Positions 19,681 to 29,792 of a stretch of DNA of 64,000 nucleotides are shown here, piece by piece. Positions within the stretch are counted from its first letter, which is position 1, and the number at the start of each line of letters is the position of its first letter. Source of the stretch: Bdellovibrionales bacterium (GTDB lineage: Bacteria; Bdellovibrionota; Bdellovibrionia; Bdellovibrionales; Bdellovibrionaceae); NCBI GenBank assembly GCA_031370005.1, contig JANMPT010000075.1, positions 14,446 to 78,445 on the forward strand, read 5' to 3'. The translations under genes were made by a program, and so were the position numbers. The notes under the pieces are model-generated. The model was not told where the DNA came from, did not search any database, and was given only the letters and a program-made list of their open reading frames with translations.

Positions 19681-21471
19681 ATGGAAAATGAAACCAATAA
19701 TCTCAGTATAAACATCGCAACAGTCAACGGCAGTGGCAGCCAAACCGCCAACCAGGTTTTGGTGAAATCCATTTTTCGAATGGGCCGCCCTGTGGGGGTC
19801 AAAAATATGTTTCCCTCTAATATCGCAGGAATGCCCACTTGGTTTAGAATCAGAGTGAATAGTGAGGGCTTTGTTGGACCCCAAAAAGCCTTTCATATCC
19901 TAGTCAATCTCAATCGCAAGACCTTGCTGCGCGATATAGAATCCTTGCATAAGAGCGCTTTGATCATCTGCGAAGAGGAGTCTCTATCAATCCTACAAAG
20001 CTTACCTCAGGATTGTTTTTTGATTGCAGTTCCTTTTAAAAAACTAGTCGATCAAGCGACATCAACCCAGAAAGTTAAAAAATTTTTAACCAACATGATT
20101 TATGTCGGGGTGCTCGCTCAAATATTAAAAATACCTCAAAATATTATCTTCGAAGTCGTAGCGGATCATTTCTCGCAAAGACCAGACCTTGCGGAACTCA
20201 ATCAAAAAGCTCTCGCTCTCGGACAGGCCTGGGCCCAAGAGCAGCATTCCTTTTTGGAAAAAACATATCCTCTTCCTACGGCAGTTCAGAGAAAAAATAA
20301 AATCCTGATGGATGGGAATACCGCTGCAGCCCTCGGACTTCTTTTTGGAGGCTGCACTGTGGCCACATGGTATCCCATCACTCCAGCGACTTCCTTAATG
20401 GAAAGCTTCATTTCTTATGCTTCCCAATACCGCAAAGACAAAAGCGGTCATGACAATTACGCCGCTCTTCAGGTCGAAGACGAATTGGCCGCGATTTCTG
20501 GAGTGCTTGGTGCCGGCTGGGCGGGGGCCCGCGCCATCACCACAACCTCGGGGCCTGGCCTTAGTCTTATGGCCGAGGCTGCGGGTTTTGCCTACTATGC
20601 TGAGATACCTGCGGTCATCTGGGATGTGCAAAGAGCAGGTCCCTCCACGGGTCTCCCCACTCGCACCCAACAAAGCGACCTGATTTTTGCGCGCTACCTT
20701 TCTCATGGCGACACTCTTCATCCCTGCTTACTTCCGGGAAATCTACAAGAGTGTTTTGAATTCGGTCAACTTTGTTTTGATCTCGCGGAACGGCTGCAAC
20801 AACTCGTGATTGTACTCAGCGATCTGGATCTTGGCATGAACCTCTGGATGTCTGATGAGCTCTCTATTCCTGATAAGCCCTTTGATAGAGGAAAAATTTT
20901 AAATTTTGAAGAGCTCGAACAAAAAAAAGATTTTTTCCGTTATCAAGACACCGATAATGATGGACTCTGCTATCGAACGCTGCCGGGTACCCGACATCCA
21001 CAAGCCGCCTATTTTACCCGAGGCTCCGGACACAATGACAAAGCTCAATACACCGAAAATCCACAGGAATACGAAGCCACAGCGGATCGGTTAAAACAAA
21101 AAAATGAAGTTGCTAAAGGCCTTGTTCCTGGACCCTTGATCACGGGCAAAGGTTCTCGCTTTGGCATCATCAGCTACGGAGCCACCGAAGCTGTTTTAAA
21201 TGAAACACAAGCTTTTCTGCAAAAGCAGGGGATATCAGTAGATCTCTGCCGTATCCGGGCCATTCCTTTTACTCAAGAGCTTGCAGATTTTATTTCCCAT
21301 CATGAAAAGAGCATCGTCATTGATCAAAATGCCCAGGGACAAATGAAAATGCTTCTTTCTATGGAGTTGTCCTTATTTGAAAACAAACTCATTTCATTAA
21401 AGTATTATAATGGAGAACCGCTTTTTGCTGAAACTCTCGTGGCGGATCTTTTACAAATCATAGGAGCCTGA
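19681..21471 (+). CDS. korA: 2-oxoacid:ferredoxin oxidoreductase alpha subunit
   Basis: NGSGSQ, WYPITP, TTTSGPG, QRAGPSTGLPT; substrate not resolvable. Confidence 0.9.
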   Translation: MENETNNLSINIATVNGSGSQTANQVLVKSIFRMGRPVGVKNMFPSNIAGMPTWFRIRVNSEGFVGPQKAFHILVNLNRKTLLRDIESLHKSALIICEEESLSILQSLPQDCFLIAVPFKKLVDQATSTQKVKKFLTNMIYVGVLAQILKIPQNIIFEVVADHFSQRPDLAELNQKALALGQAWAQEQHSFLEKTYPLPTAVQRKNKILMDGNTAAALGLLFGGCTVATWYPITPATSLMESFISYASQYRKDKSGHDNYAALQVEDELAAISGVLGAGWAGARAITTTSGPGLSLMAEAAGFAYYAEIPAVIWDVQRAGPSTGLPTRTQQSDLIFARYLSHGDTLHPCLLPGNLQECFEFGQLCFDLAERLQQLVIVLSDLDLGMNLWMSDELSIPDKPFDRGKILNFEELEQKKDFFRYQDTDNDGLCYRTLPGTRHPQAAYFTRGSGHNDKAQYTENPQEYEATADRLKQKNEVAKGLVPGPLITGKGSRFGIISYGATEAVLNETQAFLQKQGISVDLCRIRAIPFTQELADFISHHEKSIVIDQNAQGQMKMLLSMELSLFENKLISLKYYNGEPLFAETLVADLLQIIGA

Positions 21472-21472
21472 C

Positions 21473-22495
21473 ATGGACCCACTCACGGTAAACAAACTGG
21501 GTTTTAGCAAAGAAGAATACAAGGGCGCGCCCTCCACTCTTTGTCTTGGCTGCGGACACGACTTGCTTTCGGCCCATATTATCTCTGCATGTTATAGTGC
21601 CGGCATCAGTCCCTACGAACTGACAAAGATGTCAGGAATTGGTTGCTCTTCAAAAACTCCAGCCTATTTTATTTCAAAATCATTTGCCTTTAATTCCATG
21701 CACGGCCGCATGGCTTCCGTTGCAACGGGAGCCATGCTCGCCAACAAAAACCTAAAACTACTCGGGGTCAGTGGCGATGGTGACACTGCAAACATTGGAC
21801 TCGGCGGATTCATACATGCCATTCGCCGCAACCTTCCTATCTGTTATTTAGTAGCCAACAACGGAGTGTACGGCCTAACAAAAGGTCAGTTCTCTGCGAC
21901 AGCCGATAAAAACTCACCGCTCAAAGATGGTCAAAGAACCCCTTTTGAAACCCTCGACCTGTGCCTACTTGCGCTAGAGAGTGGCTGTAACTTTGTTGCC
22001 AGATCCTACGTCGGAGACCCTAAACAGTTAATTCCATTGATTCATGCCGCCCTTCGACATGATGGGATGGCTTTGATTGACGTGATTTCACCTTGTGTAA
22101 CATTTAATAATCATGATAGCTCCACCAAAAGCTATGGCTATCTTAAAAAACACGAAAAACCATTTCAAGATTTGGAATTTGTCGCCGATGCGGAGGCACC
22201 GGTCTGCTCAGACCTCGAAGTTCACGAGATTCAATTTAACACCAACGACAAATTAATTATTCGAAGATTGGACCCTCTATATGAAGGACTGAATAATCGC
22301 ACTGAAGCAATTCGCAGTATTCATGAATCCCTTCGCAAGGAAGAGATCTTAACAGGTTTATTTTATCACAACGAGCAAAACTCGAGTATGAATGAGCGCC
22401 TCAATATGACAGAAACGCCCTTGTCCTCGCTGCAAGAAGAAGATCTACGACCTTCTTCCGACGAGCTTAAAAACATATTGTCAGAATTCAAATAA
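21473..22495 (+). CDS. korB: 2-oxoacid:ferredoxin oxidoreductase beta subunit
   Basis: LCLGCGH, SGIGCSSK, HGR, GDGD...NN TPP motif, SPCVTFN. Confidence 0.9.
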   Translation: MDPLTVNKLGFSKEEYKGAPSTLCLGCGHDLLSAHIISACYSAGISPYELTKMSGIGCSSKTPAYFISKSFAFNSMHGRMASVATGAMLANKNLKLLGVSGDGDTANIGLGGFIHAIRRNLPICYLVANNGVYGLTKGQFSATADKNSPLKDGQRTPFETLDLCLLALESGCNFVARSYVGDPKQLIPLIHAALRHDGMALIDVISPCVTFNNHDSSTKSYGYLKKHEKPFQDLEFVADAEAPVCSDLEVHEIQFNTNDKLIIRRLDPLYEGLNNRTEAIRSIHESLRKEEILTGLFYHNEQNSSMNERLNMTETPLSSLQEEDLRPSSDELKNILSEFK

Positions 22496-22499
22496 AAAT

Positions 22500-23903
22500 T
22501 CATCTCATCAATCGGGTTGTTATGCCTGACGCCAAAATTGTAATCAGCGAGCCCGTCACAATCCACAAGGGTAAATTGTTAAAGTTACCATAGGCAAAAA
22601 TGGGTAAGCCAATGCATATAGAAATCAGAATTCCCCAGAAGACACCAGCCTCAGGTAATTTCTTTCCAAGAATCGTAAATACTGTCGGAAGAAACGTCGC
22701 AGAGCGAATCGTGCCATAAAATAAAAACAAGTGAAGAATTTTAAGTCCTGGGATATTGGCAACTATCAAGGCAAAACTTGCCAACAGAATCATGCTCAAA
22801 CGCGAACTACGCAGGACCGCCCCCACCGGATGAACTTGAGTTCCGCGCAAACGATTAAGGACATCATGACCACCGATGCTTGAGATAGAAGAAAGTTTAG
22901 AATCAAGAATGGAAATCAAACCCGACAACACCAAAAACATAAATGGTATGCTTGCCCAGAGCGGCAAGAAGTGCTGAAGTGTTTCTAGATTCACCATCGG
23001 AACTTCATGAATATCTAGTTTTGCGCCGACGGCTATGAAGCCAAGAACCGACATCGACAGCGGAACCAGAGCAAAAAGAAATGCGGACAATAAAAATGCC
23101 TTTTTAACATTCTTTTCCTGAACTGCAAAAGCTCTTTGCCAAAAAGACTGGTCGCCAAAAGGTCCAGAAATAAGACCGATGGTTATGGGTAATCCAAAAC
23201 TTAGAAAAATTTTCCAGCTCTCAGCTGAAAAGAAATCAAGAGTTCCCACCTTGCCCGGAAGCCCCGCCAAAAAGACAACCGCACCGCCAGAGGACTCAAA
23301 GACCCATGGGATCAACCATAAACTCATGGAGTAAATAAAAATCATTTTTGCATAGTCGGTGACCACAGACGACTTCAAACCAAAAAATAGCGAATAACTT
23401 AAAGGAACTGATGTCAAAATCACTGTGCACCAAAAAAATGGAATCCCAGTGATTTTTTGCATGAACTGACCACCGGCCAGGAGTTGTACGGCAAAGGCGC
23501 AAACAGTTAGGCCAACCAGCGTAAACCAATATAGTCCTTGCACTCTGAAAGAGTAGCGGCTGCGAATGTAGTCGGAAAGAGTAAAGCCTTCGGGAACTTG
23601 CTTACGAATTTTTTCTGCGAAGAACGCAAACAAAACTAGGCAAAGAACATTGGGAACAAGAAACCACCCAAAGCCAATCAAGCCATCAGTATAGGCTTTC
23701 TGCGCGCTTATAAACAAGGAGGGTGCCCAAATCCAAGAAGCGGCTATGGAGAATGCCGCCTCCCAAAGTCCCAAGTTTCTGTTAGCAACTAAAAATCCAG
23801 TTTTACTCGAGTTGAGCTTACGAGAAAAAGACCAGGCTAGGGCCAATGAAATCAAGGTAAAAACAAACAGAAACAACAAAAGTGCCCATGAGCCAGTTGT
23901 CAT
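22500..23903 (-). CDS. sodium:solute symporter family transporter
   Basis: Multi-TM; FLVANR, SIAASW, GLKSSVVTD, DQSFWQRAFA. Confidence 0.85.
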   Translation of the reverse strand: MTTGSWALLLFLFVFTLISLALAWSFSRKLNSSKTGFLVANRNLGLWEAAFSIAASWIWAPSLFISAQKAYTDGLIGFGWFLVPNVLCLVLFAFFAEKIRKQVPEGFTLSDYIRSRYSFRVQGLYWFTLVGLTVCAFAVQLLAGGQFMQKITGIPFFWCTVILTSVPLSYSLFFGLKSSVVTDYAKMIFIYSMSLWLIPWVFESSGGAVVFLAGLPGKVGTLDFFSAESWKIFLSFGLPITIGLISGPFGDQSFWQRAFAVQEKNVKKAFLLSAFLFALVPLSMSVLGFIAVGAKLDIHEVPMVNLETLQHFLPLWASIPFMFLVLSGLISILDSKLSSISSIGGHDVLNRLRGTQVHPVGAVLRSSRLSMILLASFALIVANIPGLKILHLFLFYGTIRSATFLPTVFTILGKKLPEAGVFWGILISICIGLPIFAYGNFNNLPLWIVTGSLITILASGITTRLMR

Positions 23904-23904
23904 T

Positions 23905-25767
23905 TTAAGTCATCCTTTCAGAAACTTCCAGATTAGAAATTGATTTTGCACGCGGAGTCGCTCTCAGTGTCTGTTTATTTTCTCCCGCACTCTGTTCATG
24001 GTAAAATCTCCGAACCGCTTCCACTTGACGACCAGAACTAAAAGAAGAAATCCTTTTCAGATAACCAATAACTCTCGTTGCATGGTCTACGTTTTCACTC
24101 ATGCAACGTGAACACCGTTTAAGAGTTCTTTTATCAATATGATCACATTCATTGCAAATGGTGATTTTGACATTCACACACCAGTAGTTGCATCCCGCCT
24201 TGGCACCCGCACAAAGAAGCTTATAATAGGCTTCCTTGGTGAGTCTTTCCTCAAGATTGAGGTGCAAGGCCGAGCCTCCGTCCAGATATTGCATCATTTC
24301 CTGCCCGTGCATTTGAATCTTATCAATTGGAGTCACACTATCATCTTCAACTACATAAAAATACGAGTTATAACAATCACGAGGGACAAAAAGACCATCT
24401 TTACGATCCCAACTCGCGTTTTTTATGCCTAAATTTTCAGCTGGCACGAACTCAGTATTAAACATATAGCCAAATTGTTTTTTAGCCTGCCTATTGGCAT
24501 CATAGATGATTTTTAATTTTTCACGAACAAATTGTTTGTAGTCTTTTTCATTGCGAACTAAAAGACCTTGGGATTCGGCGGCCTCTACCATTCCATTGAT
24601 TCCAATGGTTAAGAACTGTTTGTCTAGACTTATAAAGCCCCCTGAATAAGCCGTCAATAAACCCACTTGAAAGTACTCCTCCATCAAGCGTCGATAAGCA
24701 ACTTGGTACTTTTGCACCTTTTCAACACAGTCCTGGAGATCAATTTTCTTTTGCGTGAGACGATTCACGTTGATCGTGATTACATTGACGGATCCGGTAG
24801 CAACACCGCCCGCCCCTAAGGAATAGCTAAAAGTCTTGTCAGAAATTTCATTGCGAAGACGACAGCAGCTTGCTAAGCTGTCAGCAGATTCGCTCATATA
24901 CATAAAAAAACTATTCCCTTCGCTAAGCTCCTGAGCACACATCGATGCAAAATCAGCGTCTCTTGGTTTTTGAGAATCCACAAGCATCGCTGCGGTCACA
25001 ACTGGAAAGGTCAAAAGAGCTTTTTTTCTCTCCTGATTAAACCAAGTCATAAAATGATTTTGTAACTTCGAAACATTGTTCCAATCTGGAGTTCCTCCAT
25101 CGGGAAATACAAAATCCCCAAACAAGGAATTGAAGTAGTATTGATCATAGACTGAGATATTCCAAAAAACGGATTGATAACCTCTAGCTGCCGCAGGTTG
25201 ATTTAAGGCATAGACGACATGTTGAAGATGATTATCAATAATCCGGGTATGAGTCTTTAAATACTCAACTCCATAGTCTTTGCGCGCAAAATAATCGAAG
25301 TACATCAGCCATTCAACGGTTGCAACGGCTCCAGCAAATTGTGATGAGACAGCAAAAATTAGATTAACAAAGGTCCCGCAAAAGCTCTCTAAGTGTTTAG
25401 GCGCTTCCGATTCGCCGCCAAGTTTTTTCAAACCATCAATCAGTAAAGGATACATGGAAATCGACGCGCAATAGGGCTTCAAAGATGTTTCATCATGAAC
25501 ATAAATTTCATGTTCTTGGATTTGTCTAATATATTCGAGAGCCAGTTCCTTATCGAAAATTTCTGAAATTTTATTAGCTACCAACTGACGGTTCACTTGA
25601 ATATTGATATCTTTATTGATTTCCGCCTCTAAAGTCGCAATGTTCTTATGGGTAACGTTAGCATTGGCATCTAATTTCGAACCATCTGCAGCATTCTTTG
25701 CGTACATATAATTTTCTATAAAGTTAATTTTCTGCTGGATTTGCTCTTCATTGAGACGTGTAAACAT
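23905..25767 (-). CDS. nrdD: class III anaerobic ribonucleotide reductase
   Basis: IYVHD, PYC, SCCRL, PAE, CNEC..CSRC Zn site, RVIGY glycyl-radical motif; start at MFTRL after AAGGAG; no ATP cone seen. Confidence 0.95.
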   Translation of the reverse strand: MFTRLNEEQIQQKINFIENYMYAKNAADGSKLDANANVTHKNIATLEAEINKDINIQVNRQLVANKISEIFDKELALEYIRQIQEHEIYVHDETSLKPYCASISMYPLLIDGLKKLGGESEAPKHLESFCGTFVNLIFAVSSQFAGAVATVEWLMYFDYFARKDYGVEYLKTHTRIIDNHLQHVVYALNQPAAARGYQSVFWNISVYDQYYFNSLFGDFVFPDGGTPDWNNVSKLQNHFMTWFNQERKKALLTFPVVTAAMLVDSQKPRDADFASMCAQELSEGNSFFMYMSESADSLASCCRLRNEISDKTFSYSLGAGGVATGSVNVITINVNRLTQKKIDLQDCVEKVQKYQVAYRRLMEEYFQVGLLTAYSGGFISLDKQFLTIGINGMVEAAESQGLLVRNEKDYKQFVREKLKIIYDANRQAKKQFGYMFNTEFVPAENLGIKNASWDRKDGLFVPRDCYNSYFYVVEDDSVTPIDKIQMHGQEMMQYLDGGSALHLNLEERLTKEAYYKLLCAGAKAGCNYWCVNVKITICNECDHIDKRTLKRCSRCMSENVDHATRVIGYLKRISSFSSGRQVEAVRRFYHEQSAGENKQTLRATPRAKSISNLEVSERMT

Positions 25768-25784
25768 AGAAACTCCTTTTTCTG

Positions 25785-26237
25785 TCATGGTGTGTGTTGA
25801 AATAAATGATTTAGAATTTTTTTTTGTTTTAAATCCCAAAAAACCTGATTCGTCGCTGGTGAGCTCAAGCCGCCTAGCTTCTGCATCCAAGGCCCGAGCT
25901 TTACAAAATCCAAATTATTTTCTAATTCTTTAGGTATCGCCTCTAAACCTGTATAAAGCGCTGTTTTAAATTTTTGTTCTTGTGCGATTTTAAGAAAATC
26001 GTTGAGCTGATGAAGATGCCATTCCCCCCCCATAAAAAGAATACAGCTGACGTAAGCTTTATATCGTCCCAATAAATAGTCATATAAATCAGAGGTAAGA
26101 GGATCGCCGTTTTTTTCTGTCCATAATTCGGCTGAATGACAAAATTTGCAACGCAATGGGCATCCACAGACATAAAACGCCAGACTGATTTCATCCGGTA
26201 CTTCTTGAAAAAGAATGTCATGCTTATAAATGTTCAT
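25785..26237 (-). CDS. nrdG: class III RNR activating protein
   Basis: FQEVPDE, GCPLRCKFCHS, FMGGEW, LGGL.SP.TNQ. Confidence 0.92.
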   Translation of the reverse strand: MNIYKHDILFQEVPDEISLAFYVCGCPLRCKFCHSAELWTEKNGDPLTSDLYDYLLGRYKAYVSCILFMGGEWHLHQLNDFLKIAQEQKFKTALYTGLEAIPKELENNLDFVKLGPWMQKLGGLSSPATNQVFWDLKQKKILNHLFQHTP

Positions 26238-26284
26238 AATGACCACATCCTGTGATCATAAGGTTAACAAGGGGTTTTCTTAAA

Positions 26285-26332
26285 TCACTAGGGATTGTGT
26301 CTTTTGTTGATCCAAAACACTATATACCCAGT
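26285..26332. promoter_or_regulatory. putative tandem NrdR boxes
   Basis: ACACAATCCCTAGTGA (26285-26300, minus) and partial ACACTATATAcccagt (26317-26332), 32 bp apart; weaker copy at 26240-26255. Confidence 0.5.
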
Positions 26333-26341
26333 CGGTAAGCT

Positions 26342-26367
26342 CAAACATTGATCGGGATCAATGTTTG
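26342..26367. promoter_or_regulatory. consensus FNR box inside a 12-bp perfect inverted repeat
   Basis: CAAACATTGATC-GG-GATCAATGTTTG containing TTGAT-CGGG-ATCAA (26348-26361), between divergent nrdG and the MCP. Confidence 0.8.
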
Positions 26368-26390
26368 CCCCAGATCAGACCAGCTCGCTA

Positions 26391-26418
26391 TTGAGCATCT
26401 TTAAACTTGATCCGATAA
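26391..26418 (+). promoter_or_regulatory. possible sigma28 (FliA) promoter
   Basis: TTGAG-N15-TCCGATAA upstream of a chemoreceptor. Confidence 0.4.
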
Positions 26419-26456
26419 GACCTCAATATTTACCTAATTTTCGTAAGGAAGTACTG

Positions 26457-28226
26457 ATGACAATTAGTCTACGACTCAAAATAATAGGTCTTGTTTCTGC
26501 CCCACTCTTAATTTCTCTTTTTTACGGCGGACTGTCGTTGCAGTCAAAATGGAGTCTTTCCAAAGAAGCCCGCCGAGTAGTTGAGGGTGCAAAACTTCTG
26601 GAGTTCAACTCCGAACTCATCCACGAAACTCAACTTGAAAGAGCCAAAACCGCTCTTTTTTTAAATGACAAACTTGATTTAAATGAGCTCAACCTCCATC
26701 GAGAAATCGTCGGAAAAAAAATGACCGCCGTCACAGATCAATTCGCCCTAGCTGAGCTGCCCCCAGCTGCTACAACAACTCTTGAGGGTATCCGCAACAG
26801 CTTAAGGGACTTCCGAGCCTCCGTCGATAAAAGGGCCATCGCCCCCACAGAGGCTGCAAAACAAATCACTCAAATCATCGGGCAAATGATAAGCCTTGAT
26901 GTGTTTATCTCCTCCACCAACTCAATTGAGGGAACCAACATGGCCCTGCTCAGCCTGACAATGCTGGAGCTTGGCAAAGAATATGGAGGTAGGTTTAGAG
27001 TCAACCTTTTAAATGTTCTTTCCGCCAACAAGCCTTTAAGCTCTCTTCAGCTTTCAATGCTTGAGAGTTTAAAAACCGGCCTCATCGTAAATATGGACTC
27101 TCCTGTTTTGATGATCAGCAGCGAGGGTCGGCAAAAATTAAACAGCTTCAAAGAATCTAACGACTGGGAAAAGGTCAACTCGATTTACAATCACGTCTTA
27201 GAAAAATCTTCAGAGGGAAACTTCAACCAGGACCCAAAAGAATTTTTCAGTGCTATGACCGCTGCCTTAAACAGCATTGGTGAGATCATCAAATTTGAAA
27301 TCAGCAAAGACCGGGCGCGAATTGAAGCCCTTCATGAGAAGACTCTTCACTCGTTTACTGTAAACCTGATTATTATCTCGATATTGGATCTTGTTTTGAT
27401 CGCACTTACAAGCATCATGGTCCGCGCTATCTCCTCAGCGCTCAACAGCACCGTCAAAAGTCTCTCCCAGGCATCAGAGTCTATCTCCTTAAATAGCTCT
27501 CAGGTCGCAAAGGCCAGCAATCAAGTCGCGACCGGGGCCGTTGAGTCCGCCAGCGCCCTGGAGGAAGTGGTTGCCTCTATCGAAGAACTCAACAGCATTG
27601 TTGCTCAAAACACCCTGCGCGCAAAACAGGCTGCCGAATTCTCCGGCCAAGGATATTCTATGGTTGATTCAGGTAAAAAAGAAATGGATCTATTGATTCA
27701 AGCCATGGCTGGAATATCCGAAAGCTCTAAAAAAATTGAAGAGATCATCAATGTCATTGACGACATTGCTTTTCAAACAAACTTACTGGCACTCAATGCC
27801 GCCGTTGAAGCCGCCCGCGCGGGAGAACAAGGTAAAGGTTTTGCGGTGGTCGCTGAGGCCGTACGATCTCTGGCCCAACGAAGTGCGGTGGCGGCCAAAG
27901 ACATCTCCTCTTTGATTAAAGAGAGCTCCAACAAAATTCAAGAAGGAGTTCAAAAAGTCACAGTCACCAGCTCCTCGCTTTTAAAAACTGTCGATACTAT
28001 CAGTAAGATATCCAGTCTTAATTCTGAAATCTCGAATTCCAGTGAAGAACAAGTTCAAGGAATCAATCAGATTAGCACAGCAATCAACAAACTCGATACC
28101 TCGACCCAACAAAATGCCTCAGCAGCTGAGGAAGTCTCAGCTTCCTCAGATCAAATGAACCAACAAATCAGCACTATCGGAGAGTTGGTCATTCTTCTTT
28201 CGAATCTTGTTGAAGGAGAACTTTGA
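26457..28226 (+). CDS. methyl-accepting chemotaxis protein with NIT-like periplasmic domain
   Basis: Two TMs; LIHETQLER and KEYGG.FR resemble NIT motifs; [30 protein letters not shown] signalling hairpin; start at MTISL. Confidence 0.9.
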   Translation: MTISLRLKIIGLVSAPLLISLFYGGLSLQSKWSLSKEARRVVEGAKLLEFNSELIHETQLERAKTALFLNDKLDLNELNLHREIVGKKMTAVTDQFALAELPPAATTTLEGIRNSLRDFRASVDKRAIAPTEAAKQITQIIGQMISLDVFISSTNSIEGTNMALLSLTMLELGKEYGGRFRVNLLNVLSANKPLSSLQLSMLESLKTGLIVNMDSPVLMISSEGRQKLNSFKESNDWEKVNSIYNHVLEKSSEGNFNQDPKEFFSAMTAALNSIGEIIKFEISKDRARIEALHEKTLHSFTVNLIIISILDLVLIALTSIMVRAISSALNSTVKSLSQASESISLNSSQVAKASNQVATGAVESASALEEVVASIEELNSIVAQNTLRAKQAAEFSGQGYSMVDSGKKEMDLLIQAMAGISESSKKIEEIINVIDDIAFQTNLLALNAAVEAARAGEQGKGFAVVAEAVRSLAQRSAVAAKDISSLIKESSNKIQEGVQKVTVTSSSLLKTVDTISKISSLNSEISNSSEEQVQGINQISTAINKLDTSTQQNASAAEEVSASSDQMNQQISTIGELVILLSNLVEGEL

Positions 28227-28338
28227 TTTTTTTTTCGAATTTAATGTTCTCGATCAACTATTAGACAAATCCTAATTGGTCCCCTCCGTCGATAGTGTAT
28301 AGGCTGATGCTTAAAGTATAACGACAAGGATGGACCTA

Positions 28339-29688
28339 ATGAAAAAACAGTTTTTGGCAGTGGCAGCAATAAGCGCTTTGCTCGGATCCGCGATGGCAAA
28401 CGCCTCTGTCACACTCTTAGATAAAGACAATTGGAAAGTTCAAATGAACGGTTTTGTGGAGGCCGACATGATCCACGACTCGACCCGAAGCTTTGGCGAG
28501 GTCGTCGGCAGCAACTTCGTTGACAGACCTGGCACTTATAAGGGCGATAATGGCAGAACTCAGTTTTCAAATCGCAACTCGCGCCTCGCCTTTACCTTGC
28601 TTCCACCGATCCAAAATGACTGGAAATCAAAAGGCGTTTTAGAATTTGACCTTTTTGGCTATGAACCCAATGTCGGCACCTCTAGCCCAAATATGAGCGA
28701 AACAAGCTTCTACCAAAGCCCGGCGATGCGTCTGCGTCTTGCTTATTTGACTAACGAAAAAGATTCTTGGCAATTTACTGCCGGACAAGCCTGGAGTCTG
28801 TTTGGATGGCAACCAAGCTTTTTCCCAGCAACTCTCTCTGTGTTTCCTGAAGCTGGCGAAATTTGCCAAAGGACTTTACAGTTTTTAGCCATCAACACCA
28901 TGGCAATCGGCGGCAGCAGTAAAATTCAAACGGCAGCTTCAATGGAAAGGCCTTCACAAAGAGACTCTCAGGTTCCGAATTTCAATCTCGGAGTGAAATA
29001 CAGCTTGGATTCACTGCGCGCAGGTTTTGTATCCGCTTACGGCGACGAGAAAACTGAGCCTTTGAGCGTCGGTCTGTCAGGCGCTTTCAAACAATTTACA
29101 ACTCCCTCATCGACAACTGCGACGAACACGCAAAACCATTATAACTCTTCAGCTGTGGCCGTGGACGTACTGATTCCCATTATCCCCTCTGCAGATGGAA
29201 AAGACACGGGCAATACTTTAATATTTAGTGGGGAATTCACCTCAGGTACTGGTTATGCGGATGCCTTGGCAAACTGGTCGGGAGGTTTGATAGGTTTTGC
29301 CTCGAACACCTCTGTGGGAAACGTCGGCGATAAGACAAATTTAGATGCTGGCCACGCTGGTTTTGATGCAAATGCTAACTTTAACTTCGTGAAGTTACAA
29401 ACCTGGAATGCCTCTTTTCAATACCACTTTTCAAGTGAGTCGAAACTCTATTCGAATCTGGGTTATGCAGAGATTTTTTCCAGCAATGTCGGCGACCTGA
29501 CTCAATCCGCGAGCGCAGCGTCAGCGGTTTATGACAAATCCTCCTCTTATTATATCAACTTGATTAAAGACGTCACTAATCAGACCCGTCTGGGATTTGA
29601 ATACAGCAACTTTGTCACCCATTACTTCTCTGATAAATCGACGGCCGCCAATGACCGTTATCAGATCACAGCTTTGTTTAGATTCTAA
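28339..29688 (+). CDS. outer-membrane porin (DcaP-like)
   Basis: Signal peptide; NSRLAF, LEFDLFG, RLRLAY, AGQAWSLF; C-terminal Phe. Confidence 0.7.
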   Translation: MKKQFLAVAAISALLGSAMANASVTLLDKDNWKVQMNGFVEADMIHDSTRSFGEVVGSNFVDRPGTYKGDNGRTQFSNRNSRLAFTLLPPIQNDWKSKGVLEFDLFGYEPNVGTSSPNMSETSFYQSPAMRLRLAYLTNEKDSWQFTAGQAWSLFGWQPSFFPATLSVFPEAGEICQRTLQFLAINTMAIGGSSKIQTAASMERPSQRDSQVPNFNLGVKYSLDSLRAGFVSAYGDEKTEPLSVGLSGAFKQFTTPSSTTATNTQNHYNSSAVAVDVLIPIIPSADGKDTGNTLIFSGEFTSGTGYADALANWSGGLIGFASNTSVGNVGDKTNLDAGHAGFDANANFNFVKLQTWNASFQYHFSSESKLYSNLGYAEIFSSNVGDLTQSASAASAVYDKSSSYYINLIKDVTNQTRLGFEYSNFVTHYFSDKSTAANDRYQITALFRF

Positions 29689-29715
29689 CAGCAGTCGCCA
29701 TCGGCGGAGCCAAAA

Positions 29716-29745
29716 TTGATAAGGATCAATATTGATCCTTATCAC
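29716..29745. promoter_or_regulatory. tandem FNR-type boxes forming a perfect 28-bp palindrome
   Basis: TTGAT-AAGG-ATCAA-TA-TTGAT-CCTT-ATCAC; 29717-29744 is self-complementary. Confidence 0.75.
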
Positions 29746-29792
29746 CTTGTAAGGAAGCCTCAATTGTGTGAGCCTGAACGGGCGGAGGTACC

